Below, in pieces: positions 40,386 through 49,353 of a stretch of DNA of 64,000 bases. The notes below the pieces were generated by a model, which saw nothing but the letters and a program-made list of their open reading frames with translations, was not told the origin of the DNA and searched no databases. Each line of letters starts with the position of its first letter. The stretch's first letter is position 1. This DNA is from an uncultured Clostridium sp. (lineage in GTDB: Bacteria; Bacillota; Clostridia; TANB77; CAG-508). The position numbers and the translations under genes were made by a program. Location: the NCBI GenBank assembly GCA_945946655.1, contig CAMEWM010000005.1, positions 903-64,902 on the forward strand, in the 5' to 3' direction.

Positions 40386-40937
40386 TCATTTAAGAAATAT
40401 CAAAGATGCTCTTCCATACTTTCTTAAATCATATATTTTGTAATCAATATCTATTTTTTCAATTTCTTTTATATCTCTTTCTGGTTCATCTGTTTCTATT
40501 ATAATTATTCCACCTTTTTTCAACAATTTTTTCTCATTAATTTTTTTTATTGCTTCTATGGAAAAAGTTTCTTTATATGGCGGATCTAAAAATATAATAT
40601 CAAATTCAGTACTATTTATTCTACTAATACAATTAATATAATCAGTATTAAATATAATTGCTTTATCTCTTAATTTGGTCTTATCTAAGTTTTTTTCTAT
40701 CATATCTACTGCTTTTTGTGACTTATCGCAAAAATATGCTTTTTGAGCTCCTCTACTTAAAAATTCTATTCCTATAGCTCCACTTCCAGCAAATAAATCT
40801 AATATAATTGAATCTTCTATTTGATTTTGTATTATATTAAAAAGTGATTCTTTTACCCTGTCTAAAGTTGGGCGTGTACTTATTTCATCAATAGAATGTA
40901 GTGTTGTGCCTCTTGCACTTCCACTTATTACTCTCAT
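40386..40937 (-). CDS. rsmD: 16S rRNA (guanine966-N2)-methyltransferase RsmD
   Basis: MRVISGSARGTTL, the SAM motif DLFAGSGAIGIE, and DPPY. Confidence 0.93.
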   Translation of the reverse strand: MRVISGSARGTTLHSIDEISTRPTLDRVKESLFNIIQNQIEDSIILDLFAGSGAIGIEFLSRGAQKAYFCDKSQKAVDMIEKNLDKTKLRDKAIIFNTDYINCISRINSTEFDIIFLDPPYKETFSIEAIKKINEKKLLKKGGIIIIETDEPERDIKEIEKIDIDYKIYDLRKYGRASLIFLK

Positions 40938-41120
40938 GTCAATTATTCCTCCAACTACATATAATAATAGATATTAACAGATATTAAAAGATAACTTTAT
41001 ACATCTATTTTATATATTTTTAACTAGATGTCAATATTTATAATGCAAATGTAACATACATTTAATAGTGCTGTAACATTTTTTTAGCTTTTGTAATTTT
41101 TTGTTTCATGTAAAAAGTAA

Positions 41121-41146
41121 AAAGATTTGGCATAAACCAAATCTTT
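41121..41146 (-). terminator. Hairpin terminator after divIVA
   Basis: aaagatttgg / ccaaatcttt 10-bp stem followed by T residues on the minus strand. Confidence 0.6.
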
Positions 41147-41179
41147 TAGCTTTTGTTATTTTATATGTTTAGCTTTTGA

Positions 41180-41638
41180 TTACTCTTCTTGTCCTTTATT
41201 AATCTCTTTTATTAATTCTAATTGAGATATTAATAAAGATTCCATTTTTGCTTTATATACATCAAATTGTTTTTGTAAATCTTCTAGACTTTTTTGCTTT
41301 ACGATAATTTGTTGCTCTAATGTAGCTAAAGATTGCTTTGCTTCAGATTCTGCATCTTTTATAATTTGATCAGCTTGTTGTTTTGCCACATTCTTAATAT
41401 CTTCGGCTGTTGATTGTGCCATAATAAGTGTATTATTTAATGTTCCTTCTATTTGTTTATAGTGTTCAAGTTTTCCTTCTAACTCTTCTATTTTTCCTTG
41501 GCTTTCACTATTGTCCTTATATAATTTTTCGTAGCAGGCTGTTAAATCATCTAAAAAATCATCAACTTCTTCTACGCTATACCCATTCATCATTTGTTTT
41601 GAAAATTTTTTGTTTTCTATTTCTAAAGGTGTAATCAT
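41180..41638 (-). CDS. divIVA: Cell division protein DivIVA
   Basis: MITPLEIENKKFSKQMMNGYSVEEVDDFLD, the canonical DivIVA N-terminus, plus a coiled coil. Confidence 0.92.
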   Translation of the reverse strand: MITPLEIENKKFSKQMMNGYSVEEVDDFLDDLTACYEKLYKDNSESQGKIEELEGKLEHYKQIEGTLNNTLIMAQSTAEDIKNVAKQQADQIIKDAESEAKQSLATLEQQIIVKQKSLEDLQKQFDVYKAKMESLLISQLELIKEINKGQEE

Positions 41639-41665
41639 TTTGCTTCCTCCTAATTATATTTTGAC

Positions 41666-42133
41666 TTAGTTATTTCCACTATTTTTTAACCAAGAAACAG
41701 ATAGCTTGTTTTTTATTTCCTCTCTTGCCATTTCATTTGTTATTTCATAATTATATGGTGCGATTAAGAATATTGAGTTAGATACTTTTTGAATATGTCC
41801 ATCTAAAGCATGAACAGCTCCACTAACAACATCAATAATTCTTCTTGCAATATCTTTATTTACATATTCCAAGTTTACAATTACAGATTGTTTATCTTTT
41901 AATAAATCGCATATATCTTCTGCTTGATCAAATGTAGTTGGTTGTGAAATAACCATCTTTATTTGTTGAGGTTGAGGCATAGCTACAACCTTATTACGTC
42001 TTCCCCAAATTTTATTTTCTTTATTATTTTCTTCTTCTATTTCTTCGTTATTCTCTTCGTATTCTTCTTCCTCTTCTTCATTTGCATCCATTCCAAATGC
42101 TCCCCAAATTTTATTCATTATAGCTCCTGACAT
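41666..42133 (-). CDS. sepF: Cell division protein SepF
   Basis: The C-terminal SepF core is PTTFDQAEDICDLLKDKQSVIVNLEYV...GAVHALDGHIQKVSNSIFLIAP. Confidence 0.9.
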   Translation of the reverse strand: MSGAIMNKIWGAFGMDANEEEEEEYEENNEEIEEENNKENKIWGRRNKVVAMPQPQQIKMVISQPTTFDQAEDICDLLKDKQSVIVNLEYVNKDIARRIIDVVSGAVHALDGHIQKVSNSIFLIAPYNYEITNEMAREEIKNKLSVSWLKNSGNN

Positions 42134-42251
42134 TATAAACCTCCTAATATTTATCGTCCTTTGTAAATTTTTCTAGCTATAGTATCTATCTTTTTTTAAT
42201 TATTGTCAATAGTTTTTTGTATTGTAATTGTAATTTAAAATTTTTGTAATA

Positions 42252-43634
42252 TTATTGCAACATTTGTTCTGTTGTTGGGTTTACCACTATTTCATCATAA
42301 AGTGCAATATTTTTCATGTTATATATTTCTCTATTACTAAATCCTAACTCTTGAAGCTCCTCTGTTTTATATTGTCTAACAATACAATATTCGTCATTTT
42401 GTTTCAGTATTTTCACAAGCATTTTGTTATAATATCCATTTCTATTTCTGACTACATATGATAATCCATTTTCTTCTCTTATAGCATCATTTGGAATTCT
42501 AAATCCTTCTGCACTCCACCAAATTATATCAAATGAAATTTTTCTGTATGCAATTATTTTTTCTACATCATTTGTTATTTTTATTGTTATCGTTCTACTT
42601 CCATCTTTTTCATCTATTATATTTGCAATTTCTGCTTTTACGACATCTGAATTTTGTAGTCTAATTTTGATAGTATTTCCTACTTTTGTTTCTAGGGCCT
42701 CATTTGTATCAGAATTAAATATTATATAACACTGATAATTATTAATTATCTTCCCCATTTCTTCACTGCTTGTAACTGTTTGTCCTGTTTTTAGATTTAG
42801 TTTTTCTAAGAATTCTTTATCCAGACTTGTAAAATTATCTGTTTTTAAAACATCTTCTAAGCCATCAACTCTATATGAGACTATACCACTTTCTGGTGCA
42901 TTTATGTATTCTGAATCTGAATTAAGGTTGTTTTCTAGTTCTTCTCTTTGTGACAATAATTGTTTTAAATATGAACCTGATGGACTTAGGTCTCCTGAAA
43001 TTTTAGCTTTCTTTGTTATGTATGTGTTAATGTTTCTTTTGTATTCTTGTATCTTTTGAATATTATTTACTTCATATACTGAATTTAACTCTTTCTCTAT
43101 CTGGCTCTCTAATAATTTTATATCACTAGAAAAAGCTCCTTGCTCGTTTTGCATTATTTGTTGTATTTCAACATCTAAATCAGCAATTTTACTTTTTAGA
43201 TTTTCTTCTCCGGACGAATAATATCTAAATATAGAATCTCCTTTTGCTACCTTTTCTCCTTCATTCTTTATTTTCACCATACCATTTTTATAGTTTTTTC
43301 CCTTTACCACTGTTTCTTCTCTTACTATATATCCAATTTCACTTTCTTCCTGAGAAATCTTACCATTTGTAACTATAAAAGTATTTGTAGGATTTTTGAC
43401 TAACTTAATCACTAAATAAATAGCATATACAGCTATGATTGTTATAATTATTATCATAAAAGTAACTTTTATTTTACTTACATTTTTATTAATTCCATTT
43501 GTAGTATTCTTTTCTACATATGATTTATTATCATCGGTAGAAAAGTTATCATATTCTAGATGCAAGTTACTATTTTTCTTGTCTGCCTTTTTCTTATTCA
43601 TCCTTACATTTTTTCTTTTTGTTTTTTTATTCAC
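42252..43634 (-). CDS. HlyD-family/membrane-fusion-like protein with a Lys-rich N-terminus and one TM helix
   Basis: 460 aa with a barrel-sandwich-like motif (GMVKIKNEGEKVAKGDSIFRYYS) and a coiled-coil hairpin. The GTG start overlaps the miaA stop. Confidence 0.6.
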   Translation of the reverse strand: MNKKTKRKNVRMNKKKADKKNSNLHLEYDNFSTDDNKSYVEKNTTNGINKNVSKIKVTFMIIIITIIAVYAIYLVIKLVKNPTNTFIVTNGKISQEESEIGYIVREETVVKGKNYKNGMVKIKNEGEKVAKGDSIFRYYSSGEENLKSKIADLDVEIQQIMQNEQGAFSSDIKLLESQIEKELNSVYEVNNIQKIQEYKRNINTYITKKAKISGDLSPSGSYLKQLLSQREELENNLNSDSEYINAPESGIVSYRVDGLEDVLKTDNFTSLDKEFLEKLNLKTGQTVTSSEEMGKIINNYQCYIIFNSDTNEALETKVGNTIKIRLQNSDVVKAEIANIIDEKDGSRTITIKITNDVEKIIAYRKISFDIIWWSAEGFRIPNDAIREENGLSYVVRNRNGYYNKMLVKILKQNDEYCIVRQYKTEELQELGFSNREIYNMKNIALYDEIVVNPTTEQMLQ

Positions 43635-44551
43635 TACTCTATTCCCTCCAAAATAATATTGATATTATTTTGTACATCATCTAATCCATTTAACCAAATT
43701 ATATTAGGTATTTTCTTAAACCAAGTTAATTGCCTTTTAGCATATCTTCTTGTTTCCATTTTTATTTTCTCTATCATCTCTTCTTTTGTATATTTTCCAT
43801 TGAAGTAATCAATTACTTCCTTATATCCTATTCCTTGTACAGATGTACTTAGTTTTTCTCCATATTTTTTATATAGACGATCAACTTCTTCTATTAATCC
43901 TTTTTCTATCATTATATCTACTCTTTTATTAATTCTATCGTATAATATTTCTCTAGGCATATTTATTGCAAATGTTCGATAATCATATGGAATCCCATTC
44001 TGCCTTGATTCTATCTCTAATTGCGTTTTTGTTTTTCCTGTTTCTTTATAAATTTCTAGAACTCTTATAATTCTTTTCTTATCATTTGTACTGATATTTT
44101 TCATAGCATCTTTATCTATTTTTTGTGCCATTTCATATAAAAATGCTAATCCTTTTTCATTTGCAATTTTCTCTAATTCTTGTCTATATTCTAAATCAGT
44201 TTCTATTTCAGGATAATCTATACCATATATTAACGAATTAACATATAGTCCTGTTCCTCCTACTACTATAGGCATTTTTTTATTTTGTATTATTTGTTGT
44301 AGAGCCTCCATAGCATCATTCTTATAATCAGATACACTATATCTTTTAGTTGGCGGAACATTGCCAACTAAATAGTGTTTTATTCCCTGCATTTCTTCCT
44401 CATCTGGTTTTGCAGTTCCAATACTCATTTCTTCATAAATTTGCATTGAATCTGCAGAAACAATCTCTCCATTTATTCTTTTAGCCAATTCTATAGATAG
44501 TGCTGTTTTTCCACTCGCAGTAGGTCCACATATAACTATTACCTTTTGCAT
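43634..44551 (-). CDS. miaA: tRNA dimethylallyltransferase MiaA
   Basis: MQKVIVICGPTASGKTALSIELAKRINGEIVSADSMQIY. Confidence 0.95.
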   Translation of the reverse strand: MQKVIVICGPTASGKTALSIELAKRINGEIVSADSMQIYEEMSIGTAKPDEEEMQGIKHYLVGNVPPTKRYSVSDYKNDAMEALQQIIQNKKMPIVVGGTGLYVNSLIYGIDYPEIETDLEYRQELEKIANEKGLAFLYEMAQKIDKDAMKNISTNDKKRIIRVLEIYKETGKTKTQLEIESRQNGIPYDYRTFAINMPREILYDRINKRVDIMIEKGLIEEVDRLYKKYGEKLSTSVQGIGYKEVIDYFNGKYTKEEMIEKIKMETRRYAKRQLTWFKKIPNIIWLNGLDDVQNNINIILEGIE

Positions 44552-44578
44552 ATCTATTCCCTTCATTATTTCTAAATT

Positions 44579-45190
44579 TTAATAAGTATCATTTACATGT
44601 GTCTCATTTAGTACTAAATTTCTTCTTGAATTTTTCTCTACATTATTAACTTGTATGTTTACATCATTTGATATTTCGTTATCTATGATTTCATTATTTA
44701 TTATTTCTTCATTTTCATAAAAATTGTTTTCTTCTGCATTATTTACAATTGAATTTTGCTCATTTCGTTTCTGATTAATTCTATCATTTATTCCTTTTTC
44801 AATATTTCTAAAATAGAAAAATTCTCCTACTAATAAGGCAATTGCTACTATAACTACAATTATTGCTCTTTTATTTAGTTGCTCTGTCGTTATGCTATTA
44901 TCTTTTCTTCTATTAAATGATCTTAATAAAAATGGTATAAGTATTATTGCATTAACTGGCACGAATGTAAATGTTATCATTTCTTTTGACTGTTCTGCAA
45001 TTCCTTTTGGCATTCCTATAGAACTAAAGAAATATACTATCAATACTAGTATGTATATAACTCCCATTGCTATCATTGTATAAAGTAATCTTTTAGTTTT
45101 TTCAATATTTTTATTAAATGAGTAGTATATCAAAAGAATTGACACTACATTTGCTACTAATATAAATAGAAAAATTACTATATTATTCAT
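44579..45190 (-). CDS. Hypothetical membrane protein (203 aa) with an Asn/Glu-rich tail
   Basis: Four predicted TM helices. No family recognised. Confidence 0.55.
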   Translation of the reverse strand: MNNIVIFLFILVANVVSILLIYYSFNKNIEKTKRLLYTMIAMGVIYILVLIVYFFSSIGMPKGIAEQSKEMITFTFVPVNAIILIPFLLRSFNRRKDNSITTEQLNKRAIIVVIVAIALLVGEFFYFRNIEKGINDRINQKRNEQNSIVNNAEENNFYENEEIINNEIIDNEISNDVNIQVNNVEKNSRRNLVLNETHVNDTY

Positions 45191-45212
45191 TTTTATTTCT
45201 CCTTATTCTGTA

Positions 45213-47372
45213 TTATCTTCTTGAAAATTTCTTTTCTATATCATTTTTTGTCATTCTTATCGCCGTTGGTCTGCCATGTGGACATGTAAACGGATTTGGA
45301 AGTTGTAATAATTTATCTAACAACTGTGTAACTTCTTCTTTGGATAAAGCCATATGTGCCTTGACTGCAGCTTTACATGCTACTGTAGCAATAAATTTTT
45401 CTTCTATTTCCTGTTTTGCAGTTCTTGCCACAGTATTAATTTCATCAAGCGTTTCTAAGAAAAGTTCTTTTGTTTCTAAATCTATTAAAACATCTGGTAC
45501 ACCACTTAATTTTATTGTATTTTCTCCAAACTCCTCAACCATAAAACCTGCTTTTTGAAACATGTCTTTATTGTCCTTATATATTCCCATCTCTTTATGA
45601 GTTAATGTTATTATATCCGGAAGTAACATTAACTGTGAATTCTTAGTACTATTACTATAGTAATTCTGCTTAATTTTTTCATACATAATTCTTTCATGTG
45701 CTGCGTGCTGGTCAATTATATATAGATCAGATTGCATTTCTATTATTATATATGTATTGAAAGCTATCCCAATAAATTTATATACTGGCTTTGTTGAATA
45801 TTTACTATCTTCTTCAAAAACAGACACATTATCTTGCTTCGTAATTGGTTTAAATTCATTTGACACATTCAATTGATCATTATCATTATCTTCTTTTTTA
45901 TTAATAGCTATTCCAAATGTTTTCTCATACATTTCCATGAATTCGGTATCAGATTTAAGCTCTTGTTTTTTTGGTAATTCTTCCTGTATTTCTTGTTTTA
46001 AAGTTTCTAGCTTATTTTGTATATTTTCTTTCTTATTCTCTATATCTTTATCCTCTTTTACATTATCTGATTCTGAACTTTCACTTTCATTAATGTGTAT
46101 AGATTCTGTTGTCTGTTCAACAGTTTCTTCTTTATTTTCTTCCTTAACTGTTTTTACAATACTTTGCATCCTTTTTAATTTAGCCATAACGTCTTCAAAT
46201 GTTTCTTCAGTTGTTTTCTCAGAATCTTGTATTTCCTTTTTGTCTTCTACTCTATCATCTCTTAGAATATCTCTGAAATTGGTATTGTTAGTTTCTATTT
46301 GAGGATTTTCTTTAATCTCTTCTATACTATACTTAGTCTTTTCACTATCTATTCTATCAATACTAGATGTATCTGCAACTAAATCTCCCTTTAGTAATCC
46401 ATCTCTTATAGCATGATATATTGCTTTAAAGATTTTTGTCTCTTCTTGGAATCTGACTTCTAATTTTGCTGGATGTACGTTAACATCAACTTTTCTAGAA
46501 TCCATTTCTATATTCAATACTAAAAATCCATGTTTTCCAATTGTCACAAATCCTTTAAACGCTTGCTCTGCTGCACCTGATAAAGTTTTATCCTTTACAT
46601 ATCTTTTATTTACAAAAAATAATTGATTACTTCTGTTAGATCTAGATATTACAGGCTTTCCTATAACTCCTTTAACCACAATATCATCATATGTATACTC
46701 TATATCTATAAGATTATCAGCAATCTCTTTTCCATAAATGTTATATATAACTGGCTTTATATCTCCGTTTCCGGATGTCTGTATAATAGTTTTTCCTGTA
46801 TTAATTAATTTTATCGCGATTTCCGGGTGCACTAAAGCAATTCTTGTTACTACATCTTCAATATATCCAGATTCTGTAAAATCTTTTTTTAAGAACTTAT
46901 ATCGAACGGGAGTATTATAAAATAAGTTTTCTATTGTTATACTTGTCCCATTTGGGCATCCTATTTCGTTTTTACTTAATATTTTTCCTCCTTCAACAAT
47001 AACTTCATATCCTGTATCACTATCTGCTGTTTTTGATATTAGACTGACTTTCGCTATAGATGCAATACTTGCTAAAGCCTCTCCTCTGAACCCCATAGAT
47101 TTTATCTCATCTAAATCCTCTGCACTTCTCAATTTACTTGTAGCATGTCTTTCAAATGCAATTTCTAAATCATCTTGCATTATTCCTTTTCCATTATCTG
47201 TAACACGAATATAAGAAATTCCTCCATTTCTTATCTCAACAGTTATTGATGTTGCACCTGCATCTATCGAATTTTCCATAACTTCTTTAACAACAGATGC
47301 TGGTCTTTCAATAACTTCTCCTGCAGCTATTTTATTTATTGTTGAATCATCTAATAATACTATTTTTCCCAT
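45213..47372 (-). CDS. mutL: DNA mismatch repair protein MutL
   Basis: MGKIVLLDDSTINKIAAGEVIERPASVVKEVMENSIDAG (GHKL ATPase). The C-terminal endonuclease motifs are DQHAAHERIMYE and FTCPHGRP. Confidence 0.97.
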   Translation of the reverse strand: MGKIVLLDDSTINKIAAGEVIERPASVVKEVMENSIDAGATSITVEIRNGGISYIRVTDNGKGIMQDDLEIAFERHATSKLRSAEDLDEIKSMGFRGEALASIASIAKVSLISKTADSDTGYEVIVEGGKILSKNEIGCPNGTSITIENLFYNTPVRYKFLKKDFTESGYIEDVVTRIALVHPEIAIKLINTGKTIIQTSGNGDIKPVIYNIYGKEIADNLIDIEYTYDDIVVKGVIGKPVISRSNRSNQLFFVNKRYVKDKTLSGAAEQAFKGFVTIGKHGFLVLNIEMDSRKVDVNVHPAKLEVRFQEETKIFKAIYHAIRDGLLKGDLVADTSSIDRIDSEKTKYSIEEIKENPQIETNNTNFRDILRDDRVEDKKEIQDSEKTTEETFEDVMAKLKRMQSIVKTVKEENKEETVEQTTESIHINESESSESDNVKEDKDIENKKENIQNKLETLKQEIQEELPKKQELKSDTEFMEMYEKTFGIAINKKEDNDNDQLNVSNEFKPITKQDNVSVFEEDSKYSTKPVYKFIGIAFNTYIIIEMQSDLYIIDQHAAHERIMYEKIKQNYYSNSTKNSQLMLLPDIITLTHKEMGIYKDNKDMFQKAGFMVEEFGENTIKLSGVPDVLIDLETKELFLETLDEINTVARTAKQEIEEKFIATVACKAAVKAHMALSKEEVTQLLDKLLQLPNPFTCPHGRPTAIRMTKNDIEKKFSRR

Positions 47373-47603
47373 TACTTTAGTCCCTTTCCATCTTTTGTCT
47401 TAATATTCTGTGTAGATTATATCATTAATTATATTTTTTTGTATAGTTTTTTGAAAAAATTATTGAAGTTATTATTATCTAATAAATCTTAAATCATTTT
47501 ATATTATTCAATAGTAGTAACACTTATTTTCAGTTTGAATAATATATATCATACGAAAGATCAATAAATTAATTTATTATCTTTATAAAGGGAGGTAATT
47601 TAA

Positions 47604-47714
47604 ATGGGTAATTGCTGTTGCAATAGTGAGCTTCTTTGGTTCATAATATTATTCTTATTGCTTTTCTGCTGCGGTTGCGGCAATAGATGTAACTGCAACA
47701 ACTCTTGTTGCTAA
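47604..47714 (+). CDS. Tiny Cys-rich membrane peptide (36 aa), YjcZ-like class
   Basis: MGNCCCNSELLWFIILFLLLFCCGCGNRCNCNNSCC. GGAGG lies 5 nt upstream of the ATG. Confidence 0.6.
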   Translation: MGNCCCNSELLWFIILFLLLFCCGCGNRCNCNNSCC

Positions 47715-47759
47715 TAAGCTTTAAGGTTATTTTACTTATACCTAAAGGAGGTGAATCTT

Positions 47760-47891
47760 ATGCCAGATAATAGTAGATGTTGTGGAAACAACTGTGGATG
47801 TTTTGGTGGAAATAGCTGCATTTGGATTTTCATTATATTAATAATTCTATGCTGCTGTTGCGGTGGAAATAACGGATGTGGATGTTGCTAG
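47760..47891 (+). CDS. Tiny Cys-rich membrane peptide (43 aa), paralog of the preceding one
   Basis: MPDNSRCCGNNCGCFGGNSCIWIFIILIILCCCCGGNNGCGCC. AGGAGGTG precedes the ATG, and a terminator follows. Confidence 0.6.
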   Translation: MPDNSRCCGNNCGCFGGNSCIWIFIILIILCCCCGGNNGCGCC

Positions 47892-47908
47892 TCAATATTA
47901 AACATAAA

Positions 47909-47937
47909 AAAGGAAAATTCAAAATGAATTTTCCTTT
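47909..47937. terminator. Bidirectional hairpin terminator
   Basis: aaaggaaaattc / gaattttccttt 12-bp stem flanked by A and T runs. It lies between the peptide genes and the convergent tRNAs. Confidence 0.7.
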
Positions 47938-47938
47938 T

Positions 47939-48013
47939 TGGTTGGGCTGGCTAGATTCGAACTAGCGCATGCATGAGTCAAAGTCATGTGCCTTACCACT
48001 TGGCTACAGCCCA
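47939..48013 (-). tRNA. tRNA-Gln (anticodon UUG)
   Basis: TGGGCTGTAGCCAAGTGGTAAGGCACATGACTTTGACTCATGCATGCGCTAGTTCGAATCTAGCCAGCCCAACCA. The anticodon loop is CTTTGAC. Confidence 0.88.
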
Positions 48014-48031
48014 ATATGTTTTTATATTAAA

Positions 48032-48109
48032 TGGGGTGGAATGTGGGATTCGAACCCACGGTCTCCAGTGCCACAAACTGGCGCGTTAACCAACTACGCC
48101 AAATCCACC
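48032..48109 (-). tRNA. tRNA-His (anticodon GUG, with G-1)
   Basis: GGTGGATTTGGCGTAGTTGGTTAACGCGCCAGTTTGTGGCACTGGAGACCGTGGGTTCGAATCCCACATTCCACCCCA. The anticodon loop is TTGTGGC and there is an extra 5' G. Confidence 0.88.
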
Positions 48110-48215
48110 ATTAAATAATGCATTCAATTTTACAACCAAATGCATTATTTATTTTAACTCATATTATATGGTTTTGTCAATAAATAAATGTCATTTTTTT
48201 CATTTTTTATCAAAT

Positions 48216-48887
48216 TTATTCTTCAACAGCCCAAATTATAAGTCTTGCTTTAGAATTATCTGTACATGTTGACAAAGAGATTTCTCTTTTTCCATTTGTT
48301 TCACGCATTATAAAGTCACTATCGTCTGGAGATGTTTCATATATATTATAAATATTGTATTTAATTTTAGTTCCTGAATTATCAGTTATATATATCTTGT
48401 CTCCAACTTTTAATTTATCATTATTTCCAAAGAAAGATCCGTTTCTATAATTATGTCCCGCAATAACTGTGTTTCCTGGTTGATTTAAGCCATTTGCACT
48501 ATACATAATCGCAACAGCAACTTCTATTGATGAAGGTGTCGTTTTTTCTAATATCGGATACTCCAAATTTATAGCTGGAATTTCTATTTTTCCCTCCATA
48601 TTGTATCCTTTATATGTTACTTTAGCAGGTTGGGTTCCTGTCGAACTTCCTGTAGTAGTATTAGAAGGTTCTGCAATTACCTCTGGTAATTCAGTATTCT
48701 CATCTACTGTAGTATTTTGAAGCGTATTTAAAGCATTATCATATTCATCTATCATTTGAGCAACTTCCTTTTTAGTTGCAAACTTTTTATAGACATCAAA
48801 TCCTAAAAATCCAAGTAATACTAAAACACCCACTACAACAATAACTAAAATAACCGTTAATAATTTACTATATTTACTATCTCCCAT
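48216..48887 (-). CDS. Sortase (membrane-anchored cysteine transpeptidase)
   Basis: N-terminal TM helix, the His motif NTVIAGHNYRNG, the catalytic motif ISLSTCTD (TLxTC-like), and a conserved Arg near the C-terminus. Confidence 0.85.
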   Translation of the reverse strand: MGDSKYSKLLTVILVIVVVGVLVLLGFLGFDVYKKFATKKEVAQMIDEYDNALNTLQNTTVDENTELPEVIAEPSNTTTGSSTGTQPAKVTYKGYNMEGKIEIPAINLEYPILEKTTPSSIEVAVAIMYSANGLNQPGNTVIAGHNYRNGSFFGNNDKLKVGDKIYITDNSGTKIKYNIYNIYETSPDDSDFIMRETNGKREISLSTCTDNSKARLIIWAVEE

Positions 48888-48973
48888 TATTTCCTCCTAA
48901 TAGTATAAAAACATTACTATTATCATTATAACATATTTCTTTTGTTTTGCATATAATTTTACATTTTTTTCTT

Positions 48974-49318
48974 TTATATTATTTTAGGTCCCATTTTCCC
49001 TCCAGCTAGCAAGTGAAAATGTAAATGCATTACTTCTTGTCCTGCATCTTTTCCACAATTATTTATAATTCTAAATCCGTCATCTTCTATTCCTAATTGT
49101 TTTGCAATTTTGTTTATTGCTAAAAATATGTCTGAAATCATTTCTTTATTTTCATGATTTATTTCTAAAACATTTTGTACATGTTCTTTTGGTATAACTA
49201 GAACATGTATTGGTGCAGCTGGGTTTATATCTTTAAATGCTAGCACCTTATCATCTTCATAAACTTTCTCTGAAGGAATTTCTCCATTTATAATTTTACA
49301 AAAAACACAATCTTCCAT
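48974..49318 (-). CDS. HIT family protein (histidine triad nucleotide-binding)
   Basis: CVFCKIINGEIPSEKVYEDD and HLHFHLLAG. Confidence 0.93.
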   Translation of the reverse strand: MEDCVFCKIINGEIPSEKVYEDDKVLAFKDINPAAPIHVLVIPKEHVQNVLEINHENKEMISDIFLAINKIAKQLGIEDDGFRIINNCGKDAGQEVMHLHFHLLAGGKMGPKII

Positions 49319-49353
49319 ATTATCTTCTCCTTTAGAATCGTTACTACTGGCTC

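Noticed and set aside
47373-47603. Sporulation sigma-factor (sigma-E/K) promoter for the Cys-rich peptides (CATACGAAA-like -10 near 47550)
   Set aside because: Only a partial -10 resemblance was seen, with no convincing -35 at the right spacing. This is not enough to call.
48216-48887. Linking the sortase to the Tad-like cluster proteins as substrates
   Set aside because: None of the cluster proteins ends with an LPxTG-type sorting signal followed by a TM segment and a basic tail. The sortase is also 19 kb away in a different transcription unit.
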